DNA from: Vicugna vicugna
Lineage: Eukaryota
Direction of reading: 5' to 3'
Length of the DNA: 64,000 nucleotides
Assembly (NCBI GenBank): GCA_013265495.1
Contig: MU058337.1
Coordinates: 2,510,686 to 2,574,685 of the forward strand
The notes below the pieces were generated by a model. That model saw only the letters and a list, made by a program, of their open reading frames with translations, searched no databases and was not told the DNA's origin. Positions 39,726-53,035 of the stretch are shown piece by piece (positions within the stretch are counted from its first letter, which is position 1; each line of letters starts with the position of its first letter). Both the position numbers and the translations under genes were made by a program.

Positions 39726-40651
39726 TATTTCAGGTTGCCTTCCCCAGAAACAGATTCTGCAAGGAGATTTGCATGCAAGGAGATTAAGGGGAAGCTCTCT
39801 GAGAAACATCATTTTTAAGGGAGTGAATGACACAGGATTTTGCAGAAAAAGATAGAACATGTTGCAATAGCAGCAAAGGTTTCAGTAGATTCTGCATGGG
39901 GCTCTAGAGTGTGATGACCATTCCAAGGATTTTCTGAACCGAAGCAAGTGTAATAGGAAAGAACAAATCTTCTGAGTCCATATCAGATCAGTTTCTTTTA
40001 CTTTAACCTTTGTATGCTATTGCTTTTGCTTTTGCTACACGTTAAGAATGTTGCCTACAGCCTGAAACATATATTTGAGCCCACTCTCAAGGCTCTGATC
40101 TTTAAAGGCATAACACTTGTCCATTCATATGGAGACAACAAGTTGCAGAACAGACAGTGACATTTATCTTTTTGGAGGTTTACAGGAACATCATGTCCTG
40201 ACCCACCTGGACAGCTGCAAGAACCAAGGATTCCAACACCAAGAAGTTCGCAACAACCAACCATGCCCCCTCCGCTTTTAATATAAAAGAAGCCTAAATT
40301 CTAACTTGGGTAAGAAGAGTCCTTGGGACGCTAGTTCACCATCTCCTCAGTCTGTTGACTTTTCAAATAAAGTCACTGTTTCTTGCCCCAACAACTCCTC
40401 TCGATTTATTGGCCTGTCGTGTGGCAAGAAGTATGAGCTTGGACTGGCTAAGACAACGGACTAGGCTTTTGCTCCCCCACACCCATCAGTCACTGGCTAT
40501 CCCTGGGGAGTAAGCACAAGCTTGAGTGAGGCCACTCCCTTCCCAAGGAAGAAGTGGGCTGGCTGATCGCTAAGTGCAAGCCTCGTTCCTGGTATGTGAG
40601 TGCTTAGATCCAAAAGAAGGATCTGGTTGGCTCAACACAACGTCCACCGCA
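39726..40651 (-). mobile_element. LTR16A-like ERVL solo LTR, interrupted by a younger LTR
   Basis: cagaaacagattctg...ggagatttgcatgcaagg and terminal ggatctggttggctcaacacaacgtccaccgca; flanks gtgtt/gtgta. Confidence 0.8.
39949..40455 (+). mobile_element. ERV (probably ERV1-class) solo LTR, ~505 bp
   Basis: Starts TGTAA; TATAAAA at 40282-40288; AATAAA at 40366-40371; U5-like atttattggcctgtcgtg...gagcttggact; possible 4-bp TSD caag/caac. Confidence 0.85.
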
Positions 40652-40932
40652 GTGTACAAGATTGCTTCCCTGAGGAGAGAACGTTTGAACAGAAATCTGA
40701 ATAAAGTAAGAAAACAAAGTCTGGGGAAATAATTTTCTAGGCAGAAAAATGTACACTTATAAAAGCCCTAAGAAAAGACGAAAGCTATTAAGATGGAGGG
40801 GTAAAACAGAGGCCGTGTGGCTGAAGGGTGGTGAGTCAGCTAAGAGGTCTGGTAGGAATCATCTAAGAGGGAGGGAGGGCTTATATTGTAAAGAAACTCT
40901 AGGTTATGATATGAAGCTAGGATTGTGTTTTA

Positions 40933-41848
40933 TTTATTTATTTTTAATTTTTTTAACATTTTTTATTGAGTGATAGTCATTTTACAATATGTCAATTTCC
41001 AGTGTAGAGCACAATTTTTCAGTTATACATGAACATGTGTATATTGATTGTCACATTTTTTTTCACTGTGAGCTACCGCAAGATCTTGTATATAGTTCCC
41101 TGTGCTGTACAGTATAATCTTGTTTGTCTGTTCTACATATGCTTGTCAGTATCTACAACTTTTGAACTCCCAGTCTATCCCTTCTCACTCCCCTCCCCCT
41201 TGGCAACCACAAGTTTGTATTCTATGTCTATGAGTCTGTTTCTGTTTTGTATTTATATTCTTTTTTTAGAATCCACATATGAGCGATCTCATATGGTATT
41301 TTTCTTTCTCTTTCTGGCTTACTTCACTTAGAATGACATTCTCCAGGGACATCCTTGTTACTGCAAATGGCATTATGCTGTCATTTTTATGGCCAAATAG
41401 TATTCCATTGTATAAATATACCACCTCTTCTTTATCCAGTCATCTGCTGATGGACATTTAGGCTGTCTCCATGTCTTGGCTATTGTAAATAATGCTGCTA
41501 TGAACATTCGGGTGCAAGTGTCTTTTTGAAGTAGGGTTCATTCTGGATATATGCCCAGGAGTGGGATTACTGGGTCATATGGTAAGTCTATTCCTAGTCT
41601 TTTGAGGAACCTCCATACTGTTTTCCACAGTGGCTGCACCAAACTGCATTCCCACCAGCAGTGTAGGAGGGTTCCCTTTTCTCCACAGCCTCTCCAGCAT
41701 TTGTCATTTGTGGACTTCTGAATGATGGCCATTCTGGCTGGTGTGAGGTGATACCTCATTGTAGTTTCAATTTGCATTTCTCTGATAATTAGTGACACTG
41801 AGCATTTTTTCATGTGCCTATTGATCATTTGTATTTCTTCCTTGGTCA
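40933..41848 (-). mobile_element. Relatively young 5'-truncated LINE-1 (~0.9 kb)
   Basis: T-rich tail, 3'UTR and ORF2 end; TSD gattgtgtttt(a) at 40921-40932 and 41849-41860 with a canonical TTTT/AA endonuclease site. Confidence 0.96.
41538..41845 (-). pseudogene. L1 ORF2p C-terminal cysteine-rich (CCHC) domain remnant
   Basis: Translation ...[32 protein letters not shown]...[19 protein letters not shown]...[14 protein letters not shown] followed by a premature stop; 5' truncated. Confidence 0.95.
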
Positions 41849-42834
41849 GATTGTGTTTTAAATGTAAAGGTGGACCACTGAGCGACATTTTCTTTATGAT
41901 TTAAACATTCTAAATGATTACTTTGGCTCCCTTGTAGAAAATAGTGTCAGGAGATAAGTGGGAAACCAGAGTAACCAGTTGGTGGGTTGAAGTTGTGGTC
42001 TGGTTGGAGGCATATGTTATCTGCATTAGGGTCACAGCTAAAATTCATAGAAAATGGATCTTTTTCATGACTTGTATACAAGCTACGAAGAGAGCAAAGG
42101 CTGACTCCTAGGCTTTTGGTTGGAGCAATTGCATGAATGATGGTCATGTTTTGATCTGCGCAAGATGGTTAGGGACATGTTAATTAAGAAACGTTTAAGG
42201 ACTGTAAAATGTGAAGTTGGTATTAGATTTTTAACGGGAGATTTTGAGTAGGTAGTTGTGCATGTAAGTTTTGGCCTTGGGGAGAAGTTGGAGCCCAACA
42301 GATAAATTTGAAAGTCATCAGCCTGTAGAAGGAATGTATAGCTTTGAAACTAGAGGGGTTCACCTCAAACTTTTATGTAAAAGAAGAGGGGCTAAGATTG
42401 CATTCTGAGGGGCATTTAAGAAGAGGTTGATCAGCAACTGTAATGGGGTGTGTGTGTCTTTCTCTGTGAGCCAGAGAGATATTGAGAGTATAAAAGAGTA
42501 AAGTATTTTAGAGAACTACAAAACGTTTAATGAGATTTTAAAGAGGATATGTGCAAGGCATGGTAAGCAAAGCATTCTGACAATTATTTGGTGATGTACA
42601 GATGATAACCAAACAGCTATATCATGCCACGTCATCCACATTTTCTTTTGAAGGCAATGGATGAACTGATTCCCTTAGGACACACATAAATATAATGGCA
42701 CAAGGGGATGAGATGTGGATGGATTTTAGGTAGATTTAGAATTTCAAAAGGAAGGACTCTGTTGCTCATAAGACGTCTGCGGGATGAGTGATTCTAAGAT
42801 CTCTGACTGCAGTTACCGGGTGAGAGGTGGACTG

Positions 42835-43030
42835 TATTTATTCCTTTATCAGTTCATTCCCAGGACGAATGTTAATTGAGCTCTTATTTCACGGCAGGTA
42901 CTCTTCTAGGTACTGAGGCTGCAACAATGAACAAGTAGACAAAAATCTTGCTGTTCTGGTTATGTTCTGGTGTCGAAGGCAGACAATTAACAAAAGCCAT
43001 GTGTGAAATGTACAGGTCTGGTAGAGCAAA
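42835..43030 (-). mobile_element. L2 3' end
   Basis: ttcattc...ttgagctcttatt...aggtactcttctaggtactgagg...aatgaacaag. Confidence 0.65.
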
Positions 43031-46000
43031 GTAGAAAACCTGTCAGTTGGGCATCTCTGCTCTCACATTAACCACCTGTGATGGGTTGCGGAGGGAACAG
43101 AGGTGGAAAAGGAAATTTAAAATAAAGAAGAAATTGACAAAATAGTAGATAAAAGCTACAGAGTTCAGGAAAAATGTGTTTTGCCGTGAGGATAAAAAGA
43201 GATGTCTTGGTTTTACTTGATGAGAGGAAGGCTGCAGGGAGGAAAGGCGCAATTTGAAATGGAGCCCTTTGAGAGACATGACTGAGTCACTTAAAACTGC
43301 ACAGAAGGAAGGATTTTTTGGATAGAGGGCCTGTTGTAAGAAAGATAGTTTCCAAAATGTCTTGTAATTTCTTAGGTATAGATACACCATATTCAAAATG
43401 GAATTTGAAAAATATGGAATTCCACAAATACTATTTACTTACAAAATATTCTGAACATATAGAAAAGAAGGTAGAATGATTTTTTAACTTACTGCACTTG
43501 CTATTACACTATTTTATTGGAAGTGTCATCATCGTATGTTTGTCTGCTTTATTTCTTACCTTAACCAACTCAGGTTGGATATAAGTAAGTTAAGTGTGAG
43601 AAATTTTGTGTATACAACATAAGAATTAGTTGAACCATAGAAGCTAGGATTTTATTTATAGCAGGCTTGCTCTTAAACCTCTTGAAGTTACATTTGTAAT
43701 GTAGACCCTTCGAAGACAGTATCTGTAGTAAAAAATAAGTATTTTTCTAGAGGAAAGTCTGACCTTTAAAAAGGATATTCTTATTTCACAATCTGACAAT
43801 TTTCTTAAACTTTGTTAATTAAAAAATCATGAGGGTATTTAAGCAAGGAAAATCGATTAAAACATGCAACAACTACAGAGAATTAGTGTGATGGCACAAA
43901 GTTAGTGGATTTTGGTTATTAGAAATTAATTGCAAATGTATTTTGGTTAATATTTTGCTAATTTCATATCTAATATTTTTGAGACATTTTATTTCAAATC
44001 TGTGCTAAGAATTACCAGATCAAACCAAAAGTGATTTTCATGTAGCTGGTACACAATAAATGCTCCAAGAAAAGTTACTGAAGCTCTTAAAATCGATGAT
44101 TTACTTACTCTGTGGGCCAACGGTGCTACTGTTGATGCTGACAAAACAAACTTTACATCACTTCAGTGACAGTCTATAAACATTATCGATAGAAAATGAG
44201 AAATAGCAAAGTGTGTGCGAGCAGGTTCTTGTGTTCAGGGATTTGAATGTCATGAGGGGCCGACGTCTGTAAATACAAATATTACAGGATCGTTCAGTAT
44301 TACATCAGATGCATGACAATGGGGGTACATTTTTTATCTGAGAAAACTGTGACATTGACGGAGTAAGACTTTATTAAAAATTCAAGGTGGATGAGGTAAA
44401 TCTGACCTAGGTGAGTGATAAGTTTATATTCAAGAAAGCAGAGAACCCAGAAGAGGTGATCTGCATCATTCATGGACCACGAGAAAGGTACATTGGTAAC
44501 TACACCACGATCAAACGGAAGATGTCCAAATCCTAAGACTGTGGGTGAGTTGTTTAGTAAGACCTATGATTCAGCACCAAAACAGTCTAAGACTAAATGA
44601 TGAAAAAGGAGAAGATTAAGAAGTAAAACAAAATAACTTAGGGTGTCATAAGTTTTTTCCCTGTGATAAAAAGAGATAACCACAATATAAAGCAGTCTGC
44701 AAAAATATTAAAACAGAAGCTCGCCAGTAATGGATTTTATTCAGAGCTTCATCTCTCAAAATGTGGCTGTAATTCAGGGTATCTTGATGCAAGAGACAGC
44801 TGGAATTGATAATAGCATTTCTCAAGGCTGTCATTAGTTCTGCAATATTAGCTTAAAATTAGTATGGAGGAGAATGTAAAGTTCATATGGATTTTTGGTT
44901 GAGTTCCTTCAGCATATGAAAGATAAAATGACATATTTTAGTAAGTTATTGGAATTTGTTTTCTTCAGAGAAGAGTAGACTAGATTTTTAAAAATATATG
45001 ATTAGAAATTCATCTTTACTGAGTGCATGGAAATTAATTTTAGTCATTTTTTATCTAATTACAAAAGAAATTATCTCTGAAAAGATAAAACATCATTACT
45101 TAAAACAAATATATTTTCACTGAATTATTTACGTAAAACCTTTAAAGGAGTATTTATACATATGTTAGTAAAACGTGTATTAATACAATGCATATTACCT
45201 GTGTAATAAATGAGAGTAAATTTTGTTGAGAGACGTAAATAGCAGACTTGTTCTCAAGGCAGTCAGTTCTGTGCCCTCCACTGGAGCCAATATGGTTACC
45301 GTCCACTCCAGGTCAAGTGTCCATTAGGAGGTAATCCTGTTTCTTCAAGGCCAACGGTGCAGGCTGAATACACCCAAGATACATCATTAGGCTAAGTTAT
45401 CTACAGATACTAAAAAAGCTAAACAAAGGATGTTTTCATCAGTGATATAATTACACCTAACTTTTGGTGGGCAAAAGGCATTCTATTGGTAACAAAAATG
45501 AGAACTATGTACAAATATTTTTTATATTTATATTCTCCGGAGGTTGATAGAAAATTATGAAAACCAGGATCTTATGTGAACTTAGCTGAAAATGGAAAAA
45601 TGCAAAACTGACATTTAATTTGCCGTGGATATAAAAGAACACTAGTAACTTAGCTTCTAAATTTTCAGTTTATATAATCATTAGTCATGAAATATATTTA
45701 ATTTCCCTCTCATTCTCGTATCTACACCTATATAGATATGATATTTCCCAGATATTTCTGGGAATTTTAAAGGATATAAGAATAAATAAGACAATTAAGA
45801 AATACTACTTATTCATTACTGTTTGTAATGTCCAGTTAATGAAATCTCTCTACCTTTACGTACATTAGTAAACTGCTTAAATGTGCTCTTAAAATAGTAC
45901 TTCATAATTGTCTATAAATGGTTTCCAAAGCCTTTTTTCTCTATGTGAAAGTGTGAACTACAACCTCAGAGCATTAATATATTCAGGCTCAACCAGCCAA

Positions 46001-47539
46001 GCACAATAAAGAACTGAAGCTAGATTGGGACAAAATAAATGACACAATGATTTCACTAACTAGCAGACTTGTGATGGAAACGGGAGACATGGCTCATCCA
46101 AAGCAAAGGGAAAACGAGTCTGGGACTTGGAGACAGAACTGAATTTTCAAGGGAGGCAAAGCTTGACAAGTTTGGGAGGGTTGTGTTCCATGACTACTGG
46201 CTGAAATAAATTTCCTTGGAAATTTTTCATTAATAAATTTATCAAAATTTCTTTTGCATAATCTAACAAAATGTTGATACTTGTAAACATATCAAATATT
46301 AGGGCAAAAATCTAAATGTCCTGTTGTAGTTGCTTTACTTTGTAGAGTAAATCAGTGCGTGAATTAACCAATGCACTAAGTTGAATATTTAAGTTAATGT
46401 ACTTACCTGATACCAATACTCTGCAATTTGCGTATGAATTGGATTCAGACCCATTTTTTTCCATTCACAGGAAAGAAATATTAACAACTGAAAATTGATA
46501 TTTTCCTACAATTCAAAAACCACTTCTTCTGCAGAATATTTTAAGGGAAGCTAAATGACAACAACAAAAGACTTGGAAGGAAAATGCTTGAAATAAATGA
46601 TAGGAGGCAAAATACCAGATTTCCTAGTATTTCTGTCTCCAAGTCAAATAAAATACATGACTCTGCTTGATTTAAGTTTTGAGATTCAATGAGAAAATTT
46701 ATACCCGTTAAAATATTAAGAAAGCCATGAGTGTGATATCTTGCAAGATATCTTAGAAATGACTAAGCAATATGAAAATATAAGTAGATGAATTACCCAG
46801 TAAATCTAATAATTTCCCCTGGAAACAGATGTTTGACAGGGTTCTGACTTTTAAGAGAACTATATTATTACTTTGCCTAGTGTAACTGTCAAATTTGTGT
46901 AAAATCATAAGATAATTCACAGTTTTCTTTCAAATGTAGCTTTCCTATCCGTTTGTATTTTTAACTTGTATAATTTTTTCATTTTTTTCTGTAAAGAAAT
47001 CGAAATATTTCTCATGGGGAAATCTTAAAAGTTATTTTAATGGTTATATTTCTATTACAATACTTTCAGATGAATAGACATTTTCACTGATCAACCAAAT
47101 TTACAGAGAAAAATGTATAGTGATATTAAGAACATTTTAGTATAGCATTTAATATACTTAAATCAAGATGGCATTCTCAACATGTAGACACTTTCCGCCT
47201 CCTCTTCTATGTGCATGGCACTTTCATTTTGACCTATTATGTTTGAAATATTCATACAAAATCAAGATTAGTCTGTCTAAAAAAGAAATAGAATCATTTA
47301 ACTACTTAGCTATAAAAATGAACCAAACAGTCATTTTATCAATGCATATACCCAAACCATGTTTCCCAGTCATCAAACCCATAAAATAAGCAGACAGATC
47401 TCCTGCCTCATCCTACCAAGAACGGTCCATTATTCCTAGTCCTCAGTGTATGGGCATCTATTTACAGATAATCAATTTTTAAAGCATTTTTATAGAAGGA
47501 TTTTCCTTTTGTTTTGTAATGTATAATGCCAAAGATACA

Positions 47540-47820
47540 GTCATTTATTGCTGTTTAATAAACCAGATCAACATTTAATGACTTAAAATGATAATTTTTT
47601 ATTTTGCCTTCACATCTGCACTCTGTAAAGGTCTTGGCAGGGATGGTTGATCTCGGCTCCACCAGGCATCGCCTGAGATAGCTTGACAGGGGCTGGAAAC
47701 CCCTCTTTCAAGATGGCTCCCTGACATGACTGGTTGATGTGGTCAGTTTGCTGGGACATCAGCTGGAACTGCTGACCAGGACCCATATTTCCTTTCTATG
47801 TTGTCCTTCCCATGTGGATT
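47540..47820 (-). mobile_element. Old MaLR LTR fragment (MLT1G/H-like)
   Basis: ggggctggaaacccctctttcaagatggctccctgacatgactgg...cagctggaactgctgaccagg. Confidence 0.75.
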
Positions 47821-50800
47821 TTATGTTTAAATATATTTTCTCCTGTATTAACTCAATTCTTTCTCCAGTGGCATTGACATGTAAATACAATTTCACTTTT
47901 TGGTCTTCTGCTACAATCAAGATTTCACTCTTCCTTGTAATTTTTTGTTTCTATTTCTTTTGCTTCATTTCTCATTTTTCTTTTCTAATTACTTTAGTAA
48001 TTAGGCTCCTTTTAATATTGCCACCTTACTCTTGATGATTTTATTTCTTTCTTGGTCTTTTTATGAGCTCTGTAAGTTCATGCTTTACCTCCATCTCCCC
48101 ATTTCTTGAGAGCAAGGTCTTTTTTTTTTTTTTTTGCTTGTTTGTTTATTTTTTGTCGCCTTCTTTCAACTTCAAGGTGATGTCTTCCCAGAGGCTGCTG
48201 ATCACTTAATATATTTAGCTATAGCTAAGTTAATTCCTTCTTAACCTTACCTTATGGTATTGATTTTCATAATTTTTGGTAGCATTACAGTGTTAAATAT
48301 GTGTGTGCATTTTTTTTGGAGGGGGTGGATGCTTTTCAATGAAAATAATTAGAAGTTTAATTAAGAATAGTTAAATAACTCATGAACTTAGTTTAAAATA
48401 AAATCACTTAAAATAAGTGATTAAACAGAGACCACAGATACCCACTCAGGTTTCTCCTGTGTGAGAAGCATTTATCTGTAGAAGGATGAATATTAGTATA
48501 TAGCTGTATAGATGTCAGCCTAATATGCTCTCTAAGCAAGAACTGAAGCTACATTAAGATTTTTAGTAAACATTACTCAAATTCTTTCCCTTTACCTTTT
48601 CAATAAAAAATGAATTGTTTCCTGTTGTGTTCCAAATTCACATCTTAAATATTTCACATCCCAACACAGATTCTAGGGGTTTTGATTTTCTGACAATTAC
48701 ATACATTGTTTGTCTATTACCTTGTGACACGTTTTTTTTACTAGGCGTGTTAAGAGCCAGAGTCTTCATTTTAAATACGTTATCATATAGCTGGCTTGTT
48801 TCCATAGCCACTCTGTGAATCTTAATTTTGAGAAGCCTTCTTTCAAATGCATGCATTTACATATATTGGAGGTGGGGGGAACACTTGGTAAAAGACTAAG
48901 AATAAATCAAGAGTAGGAATAAATCAGGGATAATTTATCAGCACTACTGGAAAAGGGCTTCTGAAGAGAAAAATAACATTATTTTCACATGTGCCTCTCT
49001 ATAATGCTTTCCGTCACGCCATTCATAGAATTTAATACACAAGGATTGATGCGCATCTTCTGTGGTGAGATGGTTTTGGAAGGGTTGGAAAATTGAATAA
49101 AAGAGAAAAGGGTGGAATCCTGTTTCTGATGTTGCTCAATGTCAGAATGCTTTCAGTTTAATTATGTTACCAGTGAATGGGGTTTGAGAGCTCATTATGA
49201 AGATACACACTGGTGTTGCCCAGATTGGACACGGTTTTCTGTAATGACATTGTTTGAATCAATGGCAACAGTCAGCTTCTGTACTACACACCCTTGTGCA
49301 GAACATCCCGGATGGGCCCTTGGTCTCCTTTATTCTTTGGACAGCTGAGATGGTCCCTCAGAAGCATCAAGTCACTCTGTTCATGTTGGTTCGTATTTGA
49401 CTTCTACCCCCAGCAATTCTGTATTTTGAAATCCAAGCAATTTCTATATTTTGACTAAAACAATCAGTTGAAAATTACCTTGGTAGCTGTTTGTGTATAT
49501 GATATACATGATTTGTTTGCCATTTTTTTCACTGATTTTCATGAATATGAGTAGTGTATTGGCATGGCTAAGGTGTGCTAACAGTGGAACATTATAGTAT
49601 CTTCCAGGATAGCATTCTTTACTTGACAAAACTAAATGTTAATCATTTTTTGCTGAACACTGGGTACTTCAATGACTACTTCCACAAGACTCTGGAGAAC
49701 ATCTATATGGCTATCACTATAGAAGAATTTTCTGAAAACAAATAATCTCTGATTGGGCAATTTTCTTATATCCCACAGGCAATTTTATTTTGACACAGTA
49801 TAGGAAAATGACATGATTGATTTCCACCAAGGGTTAATTACAGTGTTTGTACTTGCTGAACTTTATACAAATAAGTATCTGTCAGGTGTTCTATTAACCT
49901 TTGGAGTGTGTGTTGGGTGTGTGTGTTTGTGTGTGTTCATTCTGTAAAGTTCTCAGAATTCTGGTCTCCATTTTGAAATGCATAATTTTCCTAAACATTT
50001 GAGATGCTGAATTTTTGCTATGAAAATGTCATTGTCATGGTTGATTGATAACTATAACCTACTATGGAGAAACTTATAATAATTTTTAATGTGAATATCT
50101 TAGCTAGAGACCAATTAGCACTAAGGCAAATGAGAAGCAATTTCACAATCAAAATGCCATCGGGTTTCCCTTATGTCTCTGTCCTGGTTTTATGGGTCTT
50201 TAATATCTCTCTTACACACACCATTATTTACATATGTGTATATAATTACAAATAGGTTAAATAATTCAGGTTTATTAATTTTTACCTATCTGTAAGCAAT
50301 ATTCATTTTCAGATCAATGTTTATTATAAAAATGGTGATAAGAAAATTATGAAGTTTTATGAAATTACATTTTATTAAGCTTTGTACAAAGTATATTTAA
50401 GATAAATTTCTACATAGCCAACTCATTGATCACTAAGAAGTCAGAAACTATAGGGAAAATAATGAGAGTATAAATATAGCAATAGATGCAAGAAAAATAA
50501 CTAATAAAAATTTTTTTTAATGTCTTTACTAATACATCTCAACAAAATTATCTCTATTGGTTAAAAAAACTTCTGTTTATTTTTCATTTCATTTAGGTGC
50601 TTGAAGGTAACATTTTACTGAATTATGTAATTAACTAGAGTCAATGTCTTTATATATATTTTAAAAATACTTGCTGAGAAATGTAAAAATTAAAATGAAT
50701 TAGGGGATGACATTTAATCCAACATAAAAAATGTAAAGGAACAAAATGGTTAGCTTTATCTTAATATTTCCATAAATTGGTAATGGTTAATTTTTCACAA

Positions 50801-53035
50801 ATAGGCACCTAATTGACATTTAATCAAGCATACACAAGTGTATGTTAAATATAAATTAATTACTGTATGTTAAAAATACTGTAATTTTATGGTGTGTAAA
50901 CATGTAAGTACATTTTAGTTACCATTTAATTACTGATTTCACAGACTATAAATGTATAATTACCTAACTAACAATTCACTACCTTTCTAAGGAAAGCATT
51001 TTTTTTCAGGTTAAATATGATGTAAAGTTAATTAGACGTTATTTCTACAATAATACTTAAAAAGTTGTAAGTGATTTGGCCCATCTATTTCACTTCTGAA
51101 TTAACTCATCCTCACAGTAATATATGTGGAAATTATAATGTGCAGAAAGACTACTTATAAATGCACAGTTATATAATTGTGATCTGATTACCCAGCCCAA
51201 TGCAACAGCATGTTCATGGGGAATACCAAGAAAAAATGTCCTGGGGTTTTAAATAAAATATTATTCATGTATAAAATAAAGTTTAAAAAAAGGTAATTAA
51301 ATAGCACAGGGAAAAAACAGTTTAAAAATGTGTATTTCCATAAATATGCAGTGATGTAAATCATCTTACTGCTTTTACATTATTATTTTTTCTTGACTTT
51401 ACCCTCTTACTGTTCAGTGTTTTTCTAAATACCGGTTTTCCTCTATCATTTCCATTTTCCATTTTCTTTTATGTGTTCAAATTCACAAGCTTGAATTTGA
51501 TGTGGACTTACAGGAAATATTGTTGTGCACTGACCTCAATCATTTTGGTCATTGATAGTGATTTTGTTCTTTCTGTCAGGTATCAGTAACCTTGGGTAGG
51601 TTCCAGCTCTTCTCCCACATGAACTCTATCACTGGTGGTAAGTTATAAAGAAAGTTAATTCCAGACAAAATTCTGCCACACATGAAAAAGTGTTACTGAT
51701 ACTCAGGCAGGAGAGACTTCACTCCACCTAAACTGTGAGCTAGTGAAGTCTTAGCGCTGCCTCGTCACATGCCAGGGGAGCCCCCTGGATGACAGGTTCA
51801 CCAGAGGCAGCTGCAGCAATGTTTTAGCAAAAGGATTCATCTAACCTTCTAAGGGGAGTCAGATTCTCTGCTGAGTCGTTGAACAGGAGACGGTTTCAGA
51901 ATCCCAAAGCCATGTCTCCGCTTTCAGGGATGCAAGACGTCGAGCTCAGTTAAGGACCTAGTTCATGGAACTGCTGCGCTGCCTGGACAATGTTTCTAGT
52001 CAATGCGCCAATTTGTAAACACCACTTAATTCACTTCAACATCCTTACTGGTAGTCATCAAGCCATCTAGTGTTGATCAAGGCAAAGACAGCTGAACACT
52101 TACAGTAACAGGTTACAGGATATAATCTTCTGATTATAGTCTACCAACGAGGGTACACCAAATACTAACAAGCATTCTTAGGTTGCAAATGGCTTCAAAT
52201 AATCACATGTGAATATATGGAAGTGCACATGCTGAAATATTTGAAATTAAATTACAGACAACATAACAGATAGAGGCTGTATTTTGTCGTTATAACAATT
52301 ACATAAAAATAATCATTTTAAAGTTGCCCAAGTAATTTATAAGCATATGGAAACAACTGTTTTAAGCAAAAGGAGGAAACATCTGGGAGGATATGAAGCA
52401 TATTTAAAGGCTGATTAATATGTATAATAACTTAGGACAAGAGGGTTTTCTTCTTGACAATCAAAGATGAAATGTGGGTCAGTGCCTCATCTAAACAAAA
52501 CATCATGGAAGATACAGAGGCTGGTTCAAAAGACGACACGCTTTCCCCTAAATAAGTTTACTATAATCTGATTTTGGAACCAAGATTCAAATAATAATTA
52601 GAAGCAAAGAAAATTCAAGTCACCTAGTGAGCAATGGAAATCCACATCCCATTGAAGTGGTAAACGGCTTGATGTAAACACAAGCCCAGAGAGAGTTCAA
52701 AAAAGGCTAAGTCACAATTATTTAGGAAGTCTTCGTGGAGAAATTATTATGGGGAATTATAAAAGCACTCGTAGCCCATTGTAAATTTTAAGTGCTAATA
52801 AAGCCTTTGAGTTTTTATTCAGGAGGCGCTTGAAGGAAGTCTGGCTTTGAGTAAGTTTCCAGGAAGTAGGCGTCGATTCCACAATGAGAGGAAGGGAGTA
52901 AATGCATCTTAACGTTCATTTATTCATCTCCCCTGATGTCTTCTATATGACATTTAAAAATAATGTACATGTATTTTCATTATACAAATCTGAAAAAGCA
53001 TTATTTTTGCCTTGTTTTGTAGGCTTGTTGTAGAA

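Larger units (their letters stand above)
39460..42420 (-). mobile_element. L2 LINE 3' region split into three pieces (39460-39725, 40652-40931, 41849-42420)
   Basis: Collinear reverse-strand L2 motifs: gagctatgaaaaaaa, ccctgaggag, tgactcctaggcttttgg, ggacatgttaa, aaatttgaaagtcatcagc. Confidence 0.8.

Noticed and set aside
44570..44590. REST/RE1 site (TTCAGCACC...)
   Set aside because: The right half lacks GGACAG and the spacing is wrong.
46407..46505. Minus-strand 99-nt open exon with a consensus CAG|GTAAGTA donor
   Set aside because: The acceptor tract is weak, the peptide (ENINFQLL...EYWYQ) is unrecognised, and there is no other support. The U1-like TACTTACCTG does not extend into U1 snRNA.
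46735..46752. Perfect 18-bp palindrome GATATCTTGCAAGATATC
   Set aside because: A 9-bp arm is plausible by chance in 64 kb of AT-rich DNA.
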